The notes under the pieces: model-generated
Databases searched by the model: none
What the model was told of the DNA's origin: nothing
The model's input: only the letters and a program-made list of their open reading frames with translations
Program-made: the position numbers and the translations under genes
Origin: a virus
Length of the DNA: 64,000 nt
IMG/VR virus record: IMGVR_UViG_3300042301_002170
Direction: 5' to 3' (one strand)
In this document: one piece after another, positions 10,574 to 21,032 of the stretch
How positions within the stretch are numbered: position 1 is the first letter of the stretch
Layout of the letters: the number at the start of each line of letters is the position of its first letter

Positions 10574-13500
10574 ATGGCACAAATAATTAGACACAGACGT
10601 GGTAGTTTAGAATCCCTTTCAGCAGCAACGGCATCGTTTCAAAAAGGTGAATTAATAATTGTATCCGGCTCATCAAATCTTACCACAACAAATGGTTCAT
10701 CCATTTTATTTGCAGCAACTGAAAGTGGTTCAGTACAAGCGGTAAATAGATTTTTAATTGGAGATGCTGCACCAAACGTATTTAGTTCATCTACTTATAA
10801 TGGTTTAGTTAAAGGTGTTCCTTACTATGCAAGTGGTAGTTCAACTTTATACTTACTTGGTTCTGACCAAAATGATATTCCAGATTTAACGGGTAACATT
10901 AGTAACTTTAGTGCATCAGTTGCAACTTCATTCTCAGCAAGTAATGCAAGTGTAACTGCATTATCTGCATCAGTTTCATCGGTAACGGGTGAGTTCAGTT
11001 CTTCAGTAGCAACTTCATTTAGTGCAAGTAATGCAAGTATCACTTCATTATCGGCAAGTGTTGCAAGTGTAACTGGTGATTTCAGTTCTTCAGTTGCACA
11101 AACATTTACAACTCAAAGTGCTAGAATTTCTTCATTAGAATCATTTAGTGGTTCTGCTTTAGGTAGATTATCTAACTTAGAATTAACTTCGGCAAGTGTA
11201 AATAATTCAGTAACTGCTTTAAATACTTCATCGGCATCTCAACAAACAAGTATAGATGCATTAAATAGTTATACTTCTTCAAACACATCAACAACTGCAT
11301 TAAACGAATTTACGGCTTCTGCAAATGGTAGATTTACAAACTTAGAAACAACTTCTGCAAGTGTAAATACATCGGTTGCAGCTTTAAACACTTCTTCTGC
11401 ATCACAACAAATTAGTATTGACGCATTAAATACGGTAAGTGCTTCAAACTTAGGAAGATTAAGTAACTTAGAAGCAACTTCGGCAAGTGTAAATACTTCG
11501 GTAGCAGCTTTAAATGTTTCATCGGCATCTTTAAATTCATTTACTTCATCATTACTTCAAGCATTAACTGCAAGTGGTGTAGATTTAACTGCAAATGGTA
11601 ATTTAAGTGTACTAGGTAACTTAACAGTAGCAGGAACAACAACTGCAGTAAACTCTACTACAATTCAATTAGGAGATAATATAATTGAATTAAATGGTAC
11701 GGGTGTTGCAAATGGAGGTTTATTAGTTAAAGACCCAACTGCACCAAATACTGTTTCCGGTTCATTATTGTGGGATTCTACAAATGACTACTGGAAAGCA
11801 GGAGCATTGGGAGCTGAAAGTAAATTATTGAGAGCAGGTGGCGATAATGTTGTTACAGAATCGGCACAAATACTTTTCACCGGAATTACCGGATACGACA
11901 CATATAGTGGTTCGGTTTCGGCATCATTTGCAGAAGTAATTGCAAACGTAGGTTCTGGTGTTGGAGTTTCAATTTCAAACTTAAATTCATTCAGTTCTTC
12001 TACATTAGGAAGATTAACAAATATTGAAGCAACTTCTGCAAGTGTAAATAATTCGGTATCAGCATTAAACACTTCGACTGCATCACAACAAATTAGCATT
12101 GATGCATTAAACGTAGTAAGTGCTTCAAACTTAGGAAGATTAACAAACTTAGAAGCAACTTCTGCAAGTGTAAATACTTCAGTAGCAGCTTTAAATACGG
12201 CAAGTGGTAATTTAATATTATCAGCATCGGCAATTGTAACAGTAAATAATACACAAGGTGGTAGATTAGATAATTTAGAAGCAACTTCTGCAAGTGTAAA
12301 TAATTCAGTAACGGCATTAAATACATCATCTGCTTCTCAACAAATTAGTATAGATGGATTAAATGTTGTATCTGCATCTTTAAATACATTTAGTGGTTCT
12401 ACTTTAGGAAGATTAACAAATATTGAAGCAACTTCTGCAAGTGTAAACAATTCTGTATCAGCATTAAATACTTCATCCGCATCTCAGCAAGTAAGTATTG
12501 ATGCATTGAACGCTTATACTTCTTCAAATACTTCAACAACTGCTTTAAATACATTCACTGCATCTGCGGATGGTAGATTAACCAACTTAGAAAGTACATC
12601 AGCGAGTGTAAATATTTCAGTAACTGCTTTAAATACTTCTTCGGCATCACAACAAATTAGTATCGATGCATTGAATGTTACATCTGCAAGTGTAAATGAA
12701 TTTAGTAGTTCTACTTTAGGTAGATTAACCAACTTAGAAAGTACATCAGCAAGTGTAAACAATTCAGTAACTGCTTTAAACACTTCAACTTCTTCTCAAC
12801 AAATTAGCATTGATGCATTAAATGTTGTAAGTGCTTCAAACTTAGGAAGATTAACAAACTTAGAAGCAACTTCAGCAAGTGTAAATAATTCAGTAACTTC
12901 TTTAAACACATCAACTGCATCTCAACAAATTAGTATAGATGCGTTGAATAGTTATACTTCTTCAAACACTTCAACAACTGCCTTAAACGCATTTACTGCA
13001 TCTGCAGACGGAAGATTAACAAACTTAGAAGCAACTTCGGCAAGTGTAAATAATTCAGTAACTTCTTTAAACACATCAACTGCATCTCAACAAATTAGTA
13101 TAGACGCATTAAATGTAGTTAGTGGTTCAAACTTAGGTAGATTATCTAACTTAGAATTAACTTCTGCAAGTGTAAATACTTCAATAACTAATTTAAATAC
13201 AGTAAGTAGTTCAAACTTAGGAAGATTATCTAACTTAGAATTAACTTCTGCAAGTGTAAATACTTCAATAGGAGCATTAAACACTTCTTCTGCATCACAA
13301 CAAATTAGTATTGACGCATTAAATGTTGTAAGTGCTTCGAACTTAGCAAGATTATCTAATTTAGAATCTACATCAGCAAGTGTTAATGTATCAGTAGCAG
13401 CATTAAACTCATATTCATCTTCATTAAAGACGGCATTTGAATTAACTGGTTCTAATGTTGTAGTATTAGGTGATTTAACTGTTAAAGGTACAACTACATC

Positions 13501-14275
13501 GGTAGAATCTAATACAATTCAATTAGGTGATAATATTATCGAATTGAATGGTACTGGAGCAGCAAATGGTGGATTATTGGTTAAAGACCCAACTGCACCA
13601 AATACGGTAAGTGGTTCTTTACTTTGGGATTCAACAAACGATTATTGGAAAGGTGGAGCTTTAGGAGATGAATCTAAATTATTAAGAGCAGGTGGTGATA
13701 ATGTTGTTACCGCTTCTGCACAAATACTTTTCACCGGAATTAACGGATACGAAACATATAGTGGTTCGGTAGCAACTTCGTTCTCAGCAAGTAATGCAAG
13801 TATCACTTCATTATCTGCGAGTGTATCAAGTGTAACAGGTGAATTTAGTAGTTCGGTTGCAACTTCATTTAGTGCAAGTGCAGCATCTCAATTATCATTA
13901 AGTTCTTCATTCGCATCTTCACAAACTGCACAAAATGATAGATTAGGTTTAATAGAAGCATCGACAGGAAGTTTAAATTCATTTACTTCTTCGATTGATA
14001 CTACTATTAAAACTAAATTGAATCTTGAAACGGTAGTTAGTGGTTCATCTCAAATTGATATAACATCAACAACTAACTATACAACATTTAGTAGTTCGAT
14101 TGCAACATCAATAAGTGCATCAACCGCAGCAGCGACTTGGGAAAATCTTAATGGTAAACCATCTGGCATTGTAAGTGGTTCAGTTCAAGTTGATATTACA
14201 CAAACAACTGGATTCAGTACATTTAGTGGTTCAATTGCTACTTCATTCGCAACAATAGATGGTGGAACTTATTAA
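10574..14275 (+). CDS. Long fibre protein with coiled-coil repeats (1233 aa)
   Basis: Many repeats of GRLTNLEATSASVNNSVTALNTSSASQQISIDALN and two copies of a GNLTV.GTTT...GSLLWDSTNDYWK domain. Ends TIDGGTY. Confidence 0.8.
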   Translation: MAQIIRHRRGSLESLSAATASFQKGELIIVSGSSNLTTTNGSSILFAATESGSVQAVNRFLIGDAAPNVFSSSTYNGLVKGVPYYASGSSTLYLLGSDQNDIPDLTGNISNFSASVATSFSASNASVTALSASVSSVTGEFSSSVATSFSASNASITSLSASVASVTGDFSSSVAQTFTTQSARISSLESFSGSALGRLSNLELTSASVNNSVTALNTSSASQQTSIDALNSYTSSNTSTTALNEFTASANGRFTNLETTSASVNTSVAALNTSSASQQISIDALNTVSASNLGRLSNLEATSASVNTSVAALNVSSASLNSFTSSLLQALTASGVDLTANGNLSVLGNLTVAGTTTAVNSTTIQLGDNIIELNGTGVANGGLLVKDPTAPNTVSGSLLWDSTNDYWKAGALGAESKLLRAGGDNVVTESAQILFTGITGYDTYSGSVSASFAEVIANVGSGVGVSISNLNSFSSSTLGRLTNIEATSASVNNSVSALNTSTASQQISIDALNVVSASNLGRLTNLEATSASVNTSVAALNTASGNLILSASAIVTVNNTQGGRLDNLEATSASVNNSVTALNTSSASQQISIDGLNVVSASLNTFSGSTLGRLTNIEATSASVNNSVSALNTSSASQQVSIDALNAYTSSNTSTTALNTFTASADGRLTNLESTSASVNISVTALNTSSASQQISIDALNVTSASVNEFSSSTLGRLTNLESTSASVNNSVTALNTSTSSQQISIDALNVVSASNLGRLTNLEATSASVNNSVTSLNTSTASQQISIDALNSYTSSNTSTTALNAFTASADGRLTNLEATSASVNNSVTSLNTSTASQQISIDALNVVSGSNLGRLSNLELTSASVNTSITNLNTVSSSNLGRLSNLELTSASVNTSIGALNTSSASQQISIDALNVVSASNLARLSNLESTSASVNVSVAALNSYSSSLKTAFELTGSNVVVLGDLTVKGTTTSVESNTIQLGDNIIELNGTGAANGGLLVKDPTAPNTVSGSLLWDSTNDYWKGGALGDESKLLRAGGDNVVTASAQILFTGINGYETYSGSVATSFSASNASITSLSASVSSVTGEFSSSVATSFSASAASQLSLSSSFASSQTAQNDRLGLIEASTGSLNSFTSSIDTTIKTKLNLETVVSGSSQIDITSTTNYTTFSSSIATSISASTAAATWENLNGKPSGIVSGSVQVDITQTTGFSTFSGSIATSFATIDGGTY
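11160..13400 (+). repeat. In-frame coding tandem repeats within the 1233 aa fibre
   Basis: Recurrent unit AACTTAGAAGCAACTTCNGCAAGTGTAAATAATTCAGTAAC, with near-identical blocks of about 85 bp near 12860 and 13020. Confidence 0.85.
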
Positions 14276-14310
14276 TAACAACAAAATAAAAATATAAATA
14301 ATAATATATT

Positions 14311-14856
14311 ATGGCAGTAAATAACACAACTTCATCGATTTTATTAAAACGTTCAGGCGTTGCAGGTTCAAAACCAACAACTGATTCGTTAAAGGTAGGT
14401 GAAATCGCATTAAACACCTATGATGGTAAAGCGTTTTTACACAAATCTGGTTCAACCGATGAGGTAGTAGAAATCGTAGTTACGGGTGCGGGTATAACGG
14501 GTTCAATCAATCTTAGTGGAGCAGTAACTGCATCAGCCTTTGCAGGTTATGGTGGGGCATTGACGGGTGTTACGGCATCAATGAGACCTGATGATTTTGA
14601 TTTTAACTCTGACCCGTTTGCAGGAACAATTGGATACATACAAGCAAGTGGTTCTCTTTACAAAGTAGCAACTACAGTTGGTTCAGTTGATTTTAGATAT
14701 AACGATGTAACAATCGCAACTATTACAACAGGTTCTGGATTTAGTGGTTCTCTTTACGGAATTGGAGATGTATTAGCATTTAGTGGTTCAGTAGCAGGTA
14801 GATTATTCAACTTAGAAATATCAGCATCACTTGGTCCAGATGGTGGAGAAATTTAA
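14311..14856 (+). CDS. Fibre-associated protein with a T4 long-tail-fibre-like N-terminal motif
   Basis: ILLKRSGVAGSKP...LKVGEIALNTYDGKAF; ends GPDGGEI. Confidence 0.6.
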   Translation: MAVNNTTSSILLKRSGVAGSKPTTDSLKVGEIALNTYDGKAFLHKSGSTDEVVEIVVTGAGITGSINLSGAVTASAFAGYGGALTGVTASMRPDDFDFNSDPFAGTIGYIQASGSLYKVATTVGSVDFRYNDVTIATITTGSGFSGSLYGIGDVLAFSGSVAGRLFNLEISASLGPDGGEI

Positions 14857-14876
14857 TAAAAAATAAAAATTATAAT

Positions 14877-14909
14877 AAAAACCCCTCTTAGTAGGGGTTT
14901 TTTTGTTTT
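14877..14909 (+). terminator. Intrinsic terminator
   Basis: AAAAACCCCT-CTTAGT-AGGGGTTTTT followed by further Ts, with A and T tracts on both sides (possibly bidirectional). Confidence 0.85.
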
Positions 14910-14974
14910 AAGTTATATTTATATTCGTAGTATATACTACATTTGTTGTTAGATAACTTTAAAAACTTAGCCAC

Positions 14975-17791
14975 ATGGCATCGACTATTCAATTAAAACG
15001 CTCTGCCCAAACGGGTAAAGTACCTGATACTGGTTCCCTTAATTTAGGAGAATTAGCAATTAATACCTATGATGGTAAGATTTATTTTAAAAAATCAGGT
15101 TCGATTGAATCAGTTGAAAGTGTATTAACAACAAATTCTGTAGTAACAGGTTCCATTAGATTAGAAGGAACTGGTTCTTTTGGTTCTCTAAAAGTAAACG
15201 ATACTCTCACAATAAATCACGGTGAAGCAATAATTAGTGGTTCGGCATTAGTAACATCGGACTTAACTATATTAGGAGCAGTTAATGCAAGACAATTTAA
15301 TATTTCAGTAATTTCCTCATCTGTCCTTTTTGAAAGTGGTAGTTCTAGATTTGGTAATACAACAGACGATACACATCAATTTACAGGTTCAGTTAATCTA
15401 ACGGGTTCGTTATATTTAAATGGTGTAGCCGTTGGTGGTTCATCTAATAGTGGTTCATTTACAGGTTCATTTACAGGTTCATTTAGTGGAGATGGTAGCG
15501 GATTAAGGGGTGTGGTTAGTGATGATATACCGAGAGATGGTTGGGATTATGATTCAAACAGTTCAGCATCTATAAGTGATTTTAATGATGTATCAGACAA
15601 GTATTTTATAGATTTTGAACAATCGCAATCAACTGCAGTAGGTACACCTGTTGGATTTAAAGGATTTTTAACAAATGTATCAGGTAGTACACAAATATTA
15701 CCTACATTAGATAGTATTAATTTTATAGTTAGAGATAGTTTAGTTGCATCAATTGGTGTGGGTGGTATTATAGCACAACCAACTGCAGGAACTGTTAGTG
15801 GTTCTTCACAATTAACATCATCATACGATAGTAGATATGTTTTAAGTGGTTCAATTACTCAAACAACTTGGGATAATATTGCATCCAAACCAGGTGGAAT
15901 TATAAGTGGTTCTTCGCAATTAACATCATCGGTATTAGCAACAACAGGTTCGAATACATTTGTAGGAACTCAAACTTTAAGTGGTTCAATTATACCTGCA
16001 ATCGATAATACATACGATTTAGGTTCGGCAACTTATCAATGGAGAGATATTTATGTTTCTTCTGGTTCACTTTATATAGATGGAACAAAGGTATTAGGTT
16101 CAACGGGAAATGAATTACAAATCACAACCGATGCAGGGCAATCAATAAAAATTTTAGAAGAGGGCAGTGATAGTATTATTTTACAATCAGCGGATGGAGA
16201 TATTCAATTAAAAACATCAGGTGGTGGTAATTTATTATTTGACCCAACAACTGGTTTAATTGATGTTAGAGGAACTTTGCAAATACAAGATGGATTTAAG
16301 ATAACATCATCTGGTGGTAACTCAATTCAATTTGGAAATGATTTAGGAATTACAGGTTCAATAAACACAACGGGAAATGTTAATGGTATAAACCTTACAA
16401 CATTTAGTTCATCTATTGCATCTACTTTTTTAAATCAAAATAGTGCAACTTCATCTTATGAAACAAAAGGTAGTGGAATTGTTAGTGGTTCTTCACAAAT
16501 AACTTTTAGTGGAATTAGTTCACTACCTACTTTAGTTAGTGGTAGTTCACAGATAGATGTAATGTCTACAACAAACATTGCAAGGTTAGCAACTACCGGT
16601 TCTAATACATTCTTTGGAACTCAAACATTTAGTGGTTCAGTTTATATTGCAAATGATTTAATTGTACAAGGTAGTTCATCGATTCAATATATTTCCGCAT
16701 CATCTGTATCAATTGGAACTAATATTATTCAATTAAATACGGCAAACCCATCGGTAAGATTTGCAGGTTTAACTATAATAGATAGTGGTTCAGTTGGTGG
16801 TTCAGGTTCATTCCTTTACGATTCGGTACAAGATGAATTCATTTTTGTACATAGAGGAAATGGTACAAATATAACATCTTCTCATTTCATTTTAGGACCA
16901 GAAACATACGATAATTTAGGTAATGAAGCATATTTAACAAATAATAGAATACCAAAAGGAACTGGAATAGAACATCTTAATGATTCTAATATTTCAGATA
17001 CGGGTACATTAATTACTTTGGGTTCAAACACAGTTGTAAACGGTACATTATTAGCAACCGGAACAACATTGGTTTCATCTTCGGCACAAGTAGATGTATT
17101 ATCTACAACAAACATTGCAAGATTAGCAACTACTGGTTCTAATACATTTAACGGAAATCAAACCGTAACTGGTTCATTTACTGTTACAAATAATACCTTT
17201 TCAATTGGAGCAACTGCAAATACTTATGTAGGACCTACTCAATATGGTGGTATAGTATTCCCAAGAGGACAAATATTATATTCAAATACTAATAATCAAA
17301 ATCAATTTTATTTATCATCAAACGCATATACAAATGCAAGTGGTGTATATGCATATAAAAATTCATCCCAACCCGCCGTTGCATTGGGATTAGATAATGG
17401 TGCATTTACATTGCAAACGGCAGGAAACGGAACGGCAGACGCTACCATTACTTGGACAACCGCGATAACCGTTACAAATGCGGGTAATACTACATTTGGT
17501 GGAACGATTACTGAAAATTCATCAATACGATATAAAGAAAATGTTGAAACTATAAATAATGGTTTAGATAAAGTTCTTCAAATGAGAGGTGTTACTTATG
17601 ATAAAAAAGATAGTGGAGTAAAAGAAATCGGTGTGATAGCTGAAGAAATATATGAAGTTTTACCAGAAGTAATTTTAAAAAATGAAGAAGGTGAAGTAGA
17701 TTCAGTTTCATATGGTAGAATTACCGCAGTATTAATCGAAGCAATAAAAGATTTAAAAAAAGAAATTGAAGAATTAAAGGCAAATAAATAA
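14975..17791 (+). CDS. Fibre protein with C-terminal peptidase S74 intramolecular chaperone
   Basis: N-terminal IQLKRS...GELAINTYDGKIYFK. C-terminal NSSIRYKENV...RGVTY...IGVIAEE...LPEV...VSYGRITAVLIEAIKDL. Confidence 0.85.
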   Translation: MASTIQLKRSAQTGKVPDTGSLNLGELAINTYDGKIYFKKSGSIESVESVLTTNSVVTGSIRLEGTGSFGSLKVNDTLTINHGEAIISGSALVTSDLTILGAVNARQFNISVISSSVLFESGSSRFGNTTDDTHQFTGSVNLTGSLYLNGVAVGGSSNSGSFTGSFTGSFSGDGSGLRGVVSDDIPRDGWDYDSNSSASISDFNDVSDKYFIDFEQSQSTAVGTPVGFKGFLTNVSGSTQILPTLDSINFIVRDSLVASIGVGGIIAQPTAGTVSGSSQLTSSYDSRYVLSGSITQTTWDNIASKPGGIISGSSQLTSSVLATTGSNTFVGTQTLSGSIIPAIDNTYDLGSATYQWRDIYVSSGSLYIDGTKVLGSTGNELQITTDAGQSIKILEEGSDSIILQSADGDIQLKTSGGGNLLFDPTTGLIDVRGTLQIQDGFKITSSGGNSIQFGNDLGITGSINTTGNVNGINLTTFSSSIASTFLNQNSATSSYETKGSGIVSGSSQITFSGISSLPTLVSGSSQIDVMSTTNIARLATTGSNTFFGTQTFSGSVYIANDLIVQGSSSIQYISASSVSIGTNIIQLNTANPSVRFAGLTIIDSGSVGGSGSFLYDSVQDEFIFVHRGNGTNITSSHFILGPETYDNLGNEAYLTNNRIPKGTGIEHLNDSNISDTGTLITLGSNTVVNGTLLATGTTLVSSSAQVDVLSTTNIARLATTGSNTFNGNQTVTGSFTVTNNTFSIGATANTYVGPTQYGGIVFPRGQILYSNTNNQNQFYLSSNAYTNASGVYAYKNSSQPAVALGLDNGAFTLQTAGNGTADATITWTTAITVTNAGNTTFGGTITENSSIRYKENVETINNGLDKVLQMRGVTYDKKDSGVKEIGVIAEEIYEVLPEVILKNEEGEVDSVSYGRITAVLIEAIKDLKKEIEELKANK

Positions 17792-18621
17792 TGGCTAATC
17801 TTATAAATCTTACTGTAAATGATACCGGTTTTATGGGATTACCAAGTGGAACATTAGCACAAAGACCGGCTTCACCTGTAATGGGTTATACCAGATTTAA
17901 TACTACATTGGGTGTAACTGAATATTATAATGGGACACGTTGGATAGACCCATCAACCGAAAGAGCAGCGGAAGGACCAATAATTACAGCAAATCAATTA
18001 TTTCACGTAGATGCTGCAAAACCATCAAGTTATGCGAAAAATAGAAATTTATGGTATGATATAAGTGGAAATGGTAGACATTTTTTATTAAACGGAACTA
18101 CTTCATTTAATACATCAAATGATGGTTCGATAAATTTTGGTGATAATCAAGGATATGCATCTATCCAATCATTAAATCTTCAACAAAATTTTACATTGGA
18201 AATATGGTGTTTTATAATTGGAAATAGTGCGGGATTATTTGGACAAGGTCCAACTGCAGTATCACAAGGATTACACATACTTTGGGATGCAACCAGAGGT
18301 ATTGTTTTTGGTTTATATGCAAATGATTTAGATACACCATCATATAGTCTAACATACAATACATGGCATCAATTTGCGTTTACACATAATAATAGTAATG
18401 CCGTAAAACAATTTTACGCAGATGGTGCATTAATAAACTCACACACAGGTTCCGCAGTATATACTGGTAGTGGGCAATTTAATATAGGAAGTACATATAG
18501 TAATCCGATTTACGCAAATATGAGAGGAAGAATATCAATAGCAAGAGGATACAGTACAATTTTATCCGCAAATGATATATTACAAAATTTTAATGCACAA
18601 AGAAGTAGATATAATTTATAA
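17791..18621 (+). CDS. Adhesin: shared N-terminal anchor plus LamG-like domain
   Basis: NDTGFMGLPSGTLAQRP...RFNTT...EYYNGTRW, then DAAKPSSY...WYDISGNGRH ... ILQNFNAQRSRYNL. Confidence 0.7.
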   Translation: MANLINLTVNDTGFMGLPSGTLAQRPASPVMGYTRFNTTLGVTEYYNGTRWIDPSTERAAEGPIITANQLFHVDAAKPSSYAKNRNLWYDISGNGRHFLLNGTTSFNTSNDGSINFGDNQGYASIQSLNLQQNFTLEIWCFIIGNSAGLFGQGPTAVSQGLHILWDATRGIVFGLYANDLDTPSYSLTYNTWHQFAFTHNNSNAVKQFYADGALINSHTGSAVYTGSGQFNIGSTYSNPIYANMRGRISIARGYSTILSANDILQNFNAQRSRYNL

Positions 18622-19337
18622 TGGCAACATTTAAAAATGTAACAATTAACGATACGGGATTTTTAAAATTACCAACGGGTACAACGGCAGAAAGACCTTC
18701 TCCATCTACTGGGTATTTAAGATATAATACAACTTTAAATAGACCAGAAGTTTATTATAATAGTAATTGGGCAAATGTTGCTACAAAAAATGAAAGTTAT
18801 TTGTATTACTATGAAGGTAGGGATGCAAATTTATATACCGGAAATTGGAATAACTCAACAACTTTTTCAATGTTAAATTTTGGTGGGTTAGGACATGTTA
18901 CTGCTCATGGTTGGACAACAGGTCCATCAACATATACATTAACATTGGGTTCTATACCAACTCACACTCAAGTTAGATATGTAGTTTTTTGGCATTTAAT
19001 AGATTCATTAGATACTGAAACTAGTAATCTATTTTTAATGAATTCATCTGAAACCGAAACTGAATTTTTAAGATTTACAAAAATATGGAGTGGAGCTCCA
19101 TCTACCGTAGTATTACAATCAGGTGCATCTGCAACATGGAGTGGTTCTAAAACATATACATATACACCTTGGACAACTTCTACGGGTAATCCAACTATAC
19201 ATGGTTATTATGTATTTGATAGTGGATATTATTCACACACATCTACTTCGTTTACTGCAAGACATATATTGGGAGCAGACCAAGCAGCTGCAGATGAGGC
19301 AATGTATCTTTCACACGTTCAATTATGGATAAGATAA
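18621..19337 (+). CDS. Adhesin: shared N-terminal anchor plus unknown beta-rich domain
   Basis: INDTGFLKLPTGTTAERP...RYNTT...EVYYNSNW N-terminus; aromatic-rich C-terminal domain. Confidence 0.6.
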   Translation: MATFKNVTINDTGFLKLPTGTTAERPSPSTGYLRYNTTLNRPEVYYNSNWANVATKNESYLYYYEGRDANLYTGNWNNSTTFSMLNFGGLGHVTAHGWTTGPSTYTLTLGSIPTHTQVRYVVFWHLIDSLDTETSNLFLMNSSETETEFLRFTKIWSGAPSTVVLQSGASATWSGSKTYTYTPWTTSTGNPTIHGYYVFDSGYYSHTSTSFTARHILGADQAAADEAMYLSHVQLWIR

Positions 19338-19338
19338 A

Positions 19339-20982
19339 ATGGCAACACTTAAAAATACATCAATAACAAGTTCAACCGGATTTATATCGTTACCATCCGG
19401 AACAGGTACACAACGACCAACGCCATCAACTGGAATGATACGATATAATTCTTCTCGTTTAGAATTTGAAACTTATGATGGTAGTAAATGGATTAGTGCA
19501 CAAAAGCAAAAAGAAAATTATAGTACATCTGGATTGGTGTGTTATATAGATGCGGGAAACCCACAATGTTATAGTGGAAATGGAAGTACATTAACCGATT
19601 TATCAGGTAATTCAAATAATTTAACTTTACCTGGTTCTGGTGTAGTTTTTAATTCTACGGGAGGAGGTTCTCTATATTTTGATGGAACTGCTAGAGCAAA
19701 CGTAGCACATAGTAGTACATTGGATTTTACAGGTACTCAACAATATACTGCATTAGTTTGGGTTAGACCATCTTTGGGTGGTGGAGTTTGGCATGGATTA
19801 ATAAGTAAAGGAGACGGCCAGCAGTATGCTGCAACTATATATAGTCCAACTAAATATATTCATTACGAAACAAATACTTCGTTGGGACCAATGGATACAC
19901 CTACCAATTCAATAGAGGGAAATAAATGGCAACAAGTCGTTATTAGAAGTAATGGTTCATCAAAAGCAACTTTTATTAATACAATACGGTGTGCATATGT
20001 AACTGGTGCAGTTAATTCAACTTCCAATACTGAAACATTAAGATTTGGTGAAGGAAATGCTGGTGAATTATTAATAGGTTATATGGGTGCAGTAATGATT
20101 TACAATAGAGCATTAAGTGATGAAGAAATAGGAAACTTATTTAATGAACAAAGAGGTAGATATGAGGTAGATGCACCATTGGGTTCTGCATTTAATCCTG
20201 CCGATTCTGCTGCAACAATTAAAGCAATGAATACCAACGCACCTGATGGTGTATATTATATAAATTTACCAACAGTAGGTCCGAAAAAAACATATTGTAT
20301 TATGAATAGTGCGTTTGATGGAGGAGGATGGATGCTAACAATGAAAGCAACAAGAGGAACTACATTTAGTTATGCTTCAAGTTATTGGACTACGAGAAAT
20401 TTATTAAATGAAGCAAATTTACATCAAGATGATGGGGATGCTAAATATGATGCATTTAATTATTTTGAAGGTTCTGATTTGATGGCAAGATGGCCTGATA
20501 TTGGAACAAGTGGTGGTAGTATAGCTGGAACAGGAACTTGGACGTGGTTAGAAAGAAGTTTTAATAGTGGTAGGGCTAGTACAAGAACAAATTTAGTAGA
20601 TTTTTTTACAAATGCAGGAACTTACCAAAGTGGATATGGTGGTTATTTTTTGAGAGATGCAAAAACATTTAGTGGTTGGGCAAATGGAGTATTCTCAAGT
20701 CAAGTAGATATTAGGTTTTATGGATTTAATTTTATTAATCATCCAAATTATGGATTATTTGCAAAATGCAGATGGGGGTTTGGATGGAATGAAAATAGTG
20801 AAGGATTATATTCATCACCTGCAACATTAGCAACTGGTGGAGCACCTGGTTCAGATGACGTTTCAGGTGGTATTGGAATGGATACATCATTTGGAAGTTA
20901 TTCAGCAGGTGATAGAATTAACTGTTGCAACGATACGACTGGTATCAACAGAACGGCAAGAGTTGAGATATATATTAGATAA
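19339..20982 (+). CDS. Adhesin: shared anchor, LamG and fibrinogen-like C-terminal domain
   Basis: TGFISLPSGTGTQRP anchor; LamG motifs; then APDGVYYI...TYCIM...DGGGWML, resembling the fibrinogen C-terminal (FReD) VYCDM..DGGGWT motif. Confidence 0.7.
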   Translation: MATLKNTSITSSTGFISLPSGTGTQRPTPSTGMIRYNSSRLEFETYDGSKWISAQKQKENYSTSGLVCYIDAGNPQCYSGNGSTLTDLSGNSNNLTLPGSGVVFNSTGGGSLYFDGTARANVAHSSTLDFTGTQQYTALVWVRPSLGGGVWHGLISKGDGQQYAATIYSPTKYIHYETNTSLGPMDTPTNSIEGNKWQQVVIRSNGSSKATFINTIRCAYVTGAVNSTSNTETLRFGEGNAGELLIGYMGAVMIYNRALSDEEIGNLFNEQRGRYEVDAPLGSAFNPADSAATIKAMNTNAPDGVYYINLPTVGPKKTYCIMNSAFDGGGWMLTMKATRGTTFSYASSYWTTRNLLNEANLHQDDGDAKYDAFNYFEGSDLMARWPDIGTSGGSIAGTGTWTWLERSFNSGRASTRTNLVDFFTNAGTYQSGYGGYFLRDAKTFSGWANGVFSSQVDIRFYGFNFINHPNYGLFAKCRWGFGWNENSEGLYSSPATLATGGAPGSDDVSGGIGMDTSFGSYSAGDRINCCNDTTGINRTARVEIYIR

Positions 20983-21032
20983 TCAAAGAAAAAAGATATT
21001 ATTATATTTATAAGAAAACATAACAGATTTAA

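Noticed and set aside
11160-13400. CRISPR-like repeat array
   Set aside because: The repeats are in-frame, degenerate at synonymous positions and encode a coiled coil; there are no unique spacers of constant length.
14293-14300. Canonical T4 late promoter TATAAATA upstream of 14311
   Set aside because: It is the only forward-orientation instance I noticed before a gene, in very A/T-rich sequence, so chance is a sufficient explanation.
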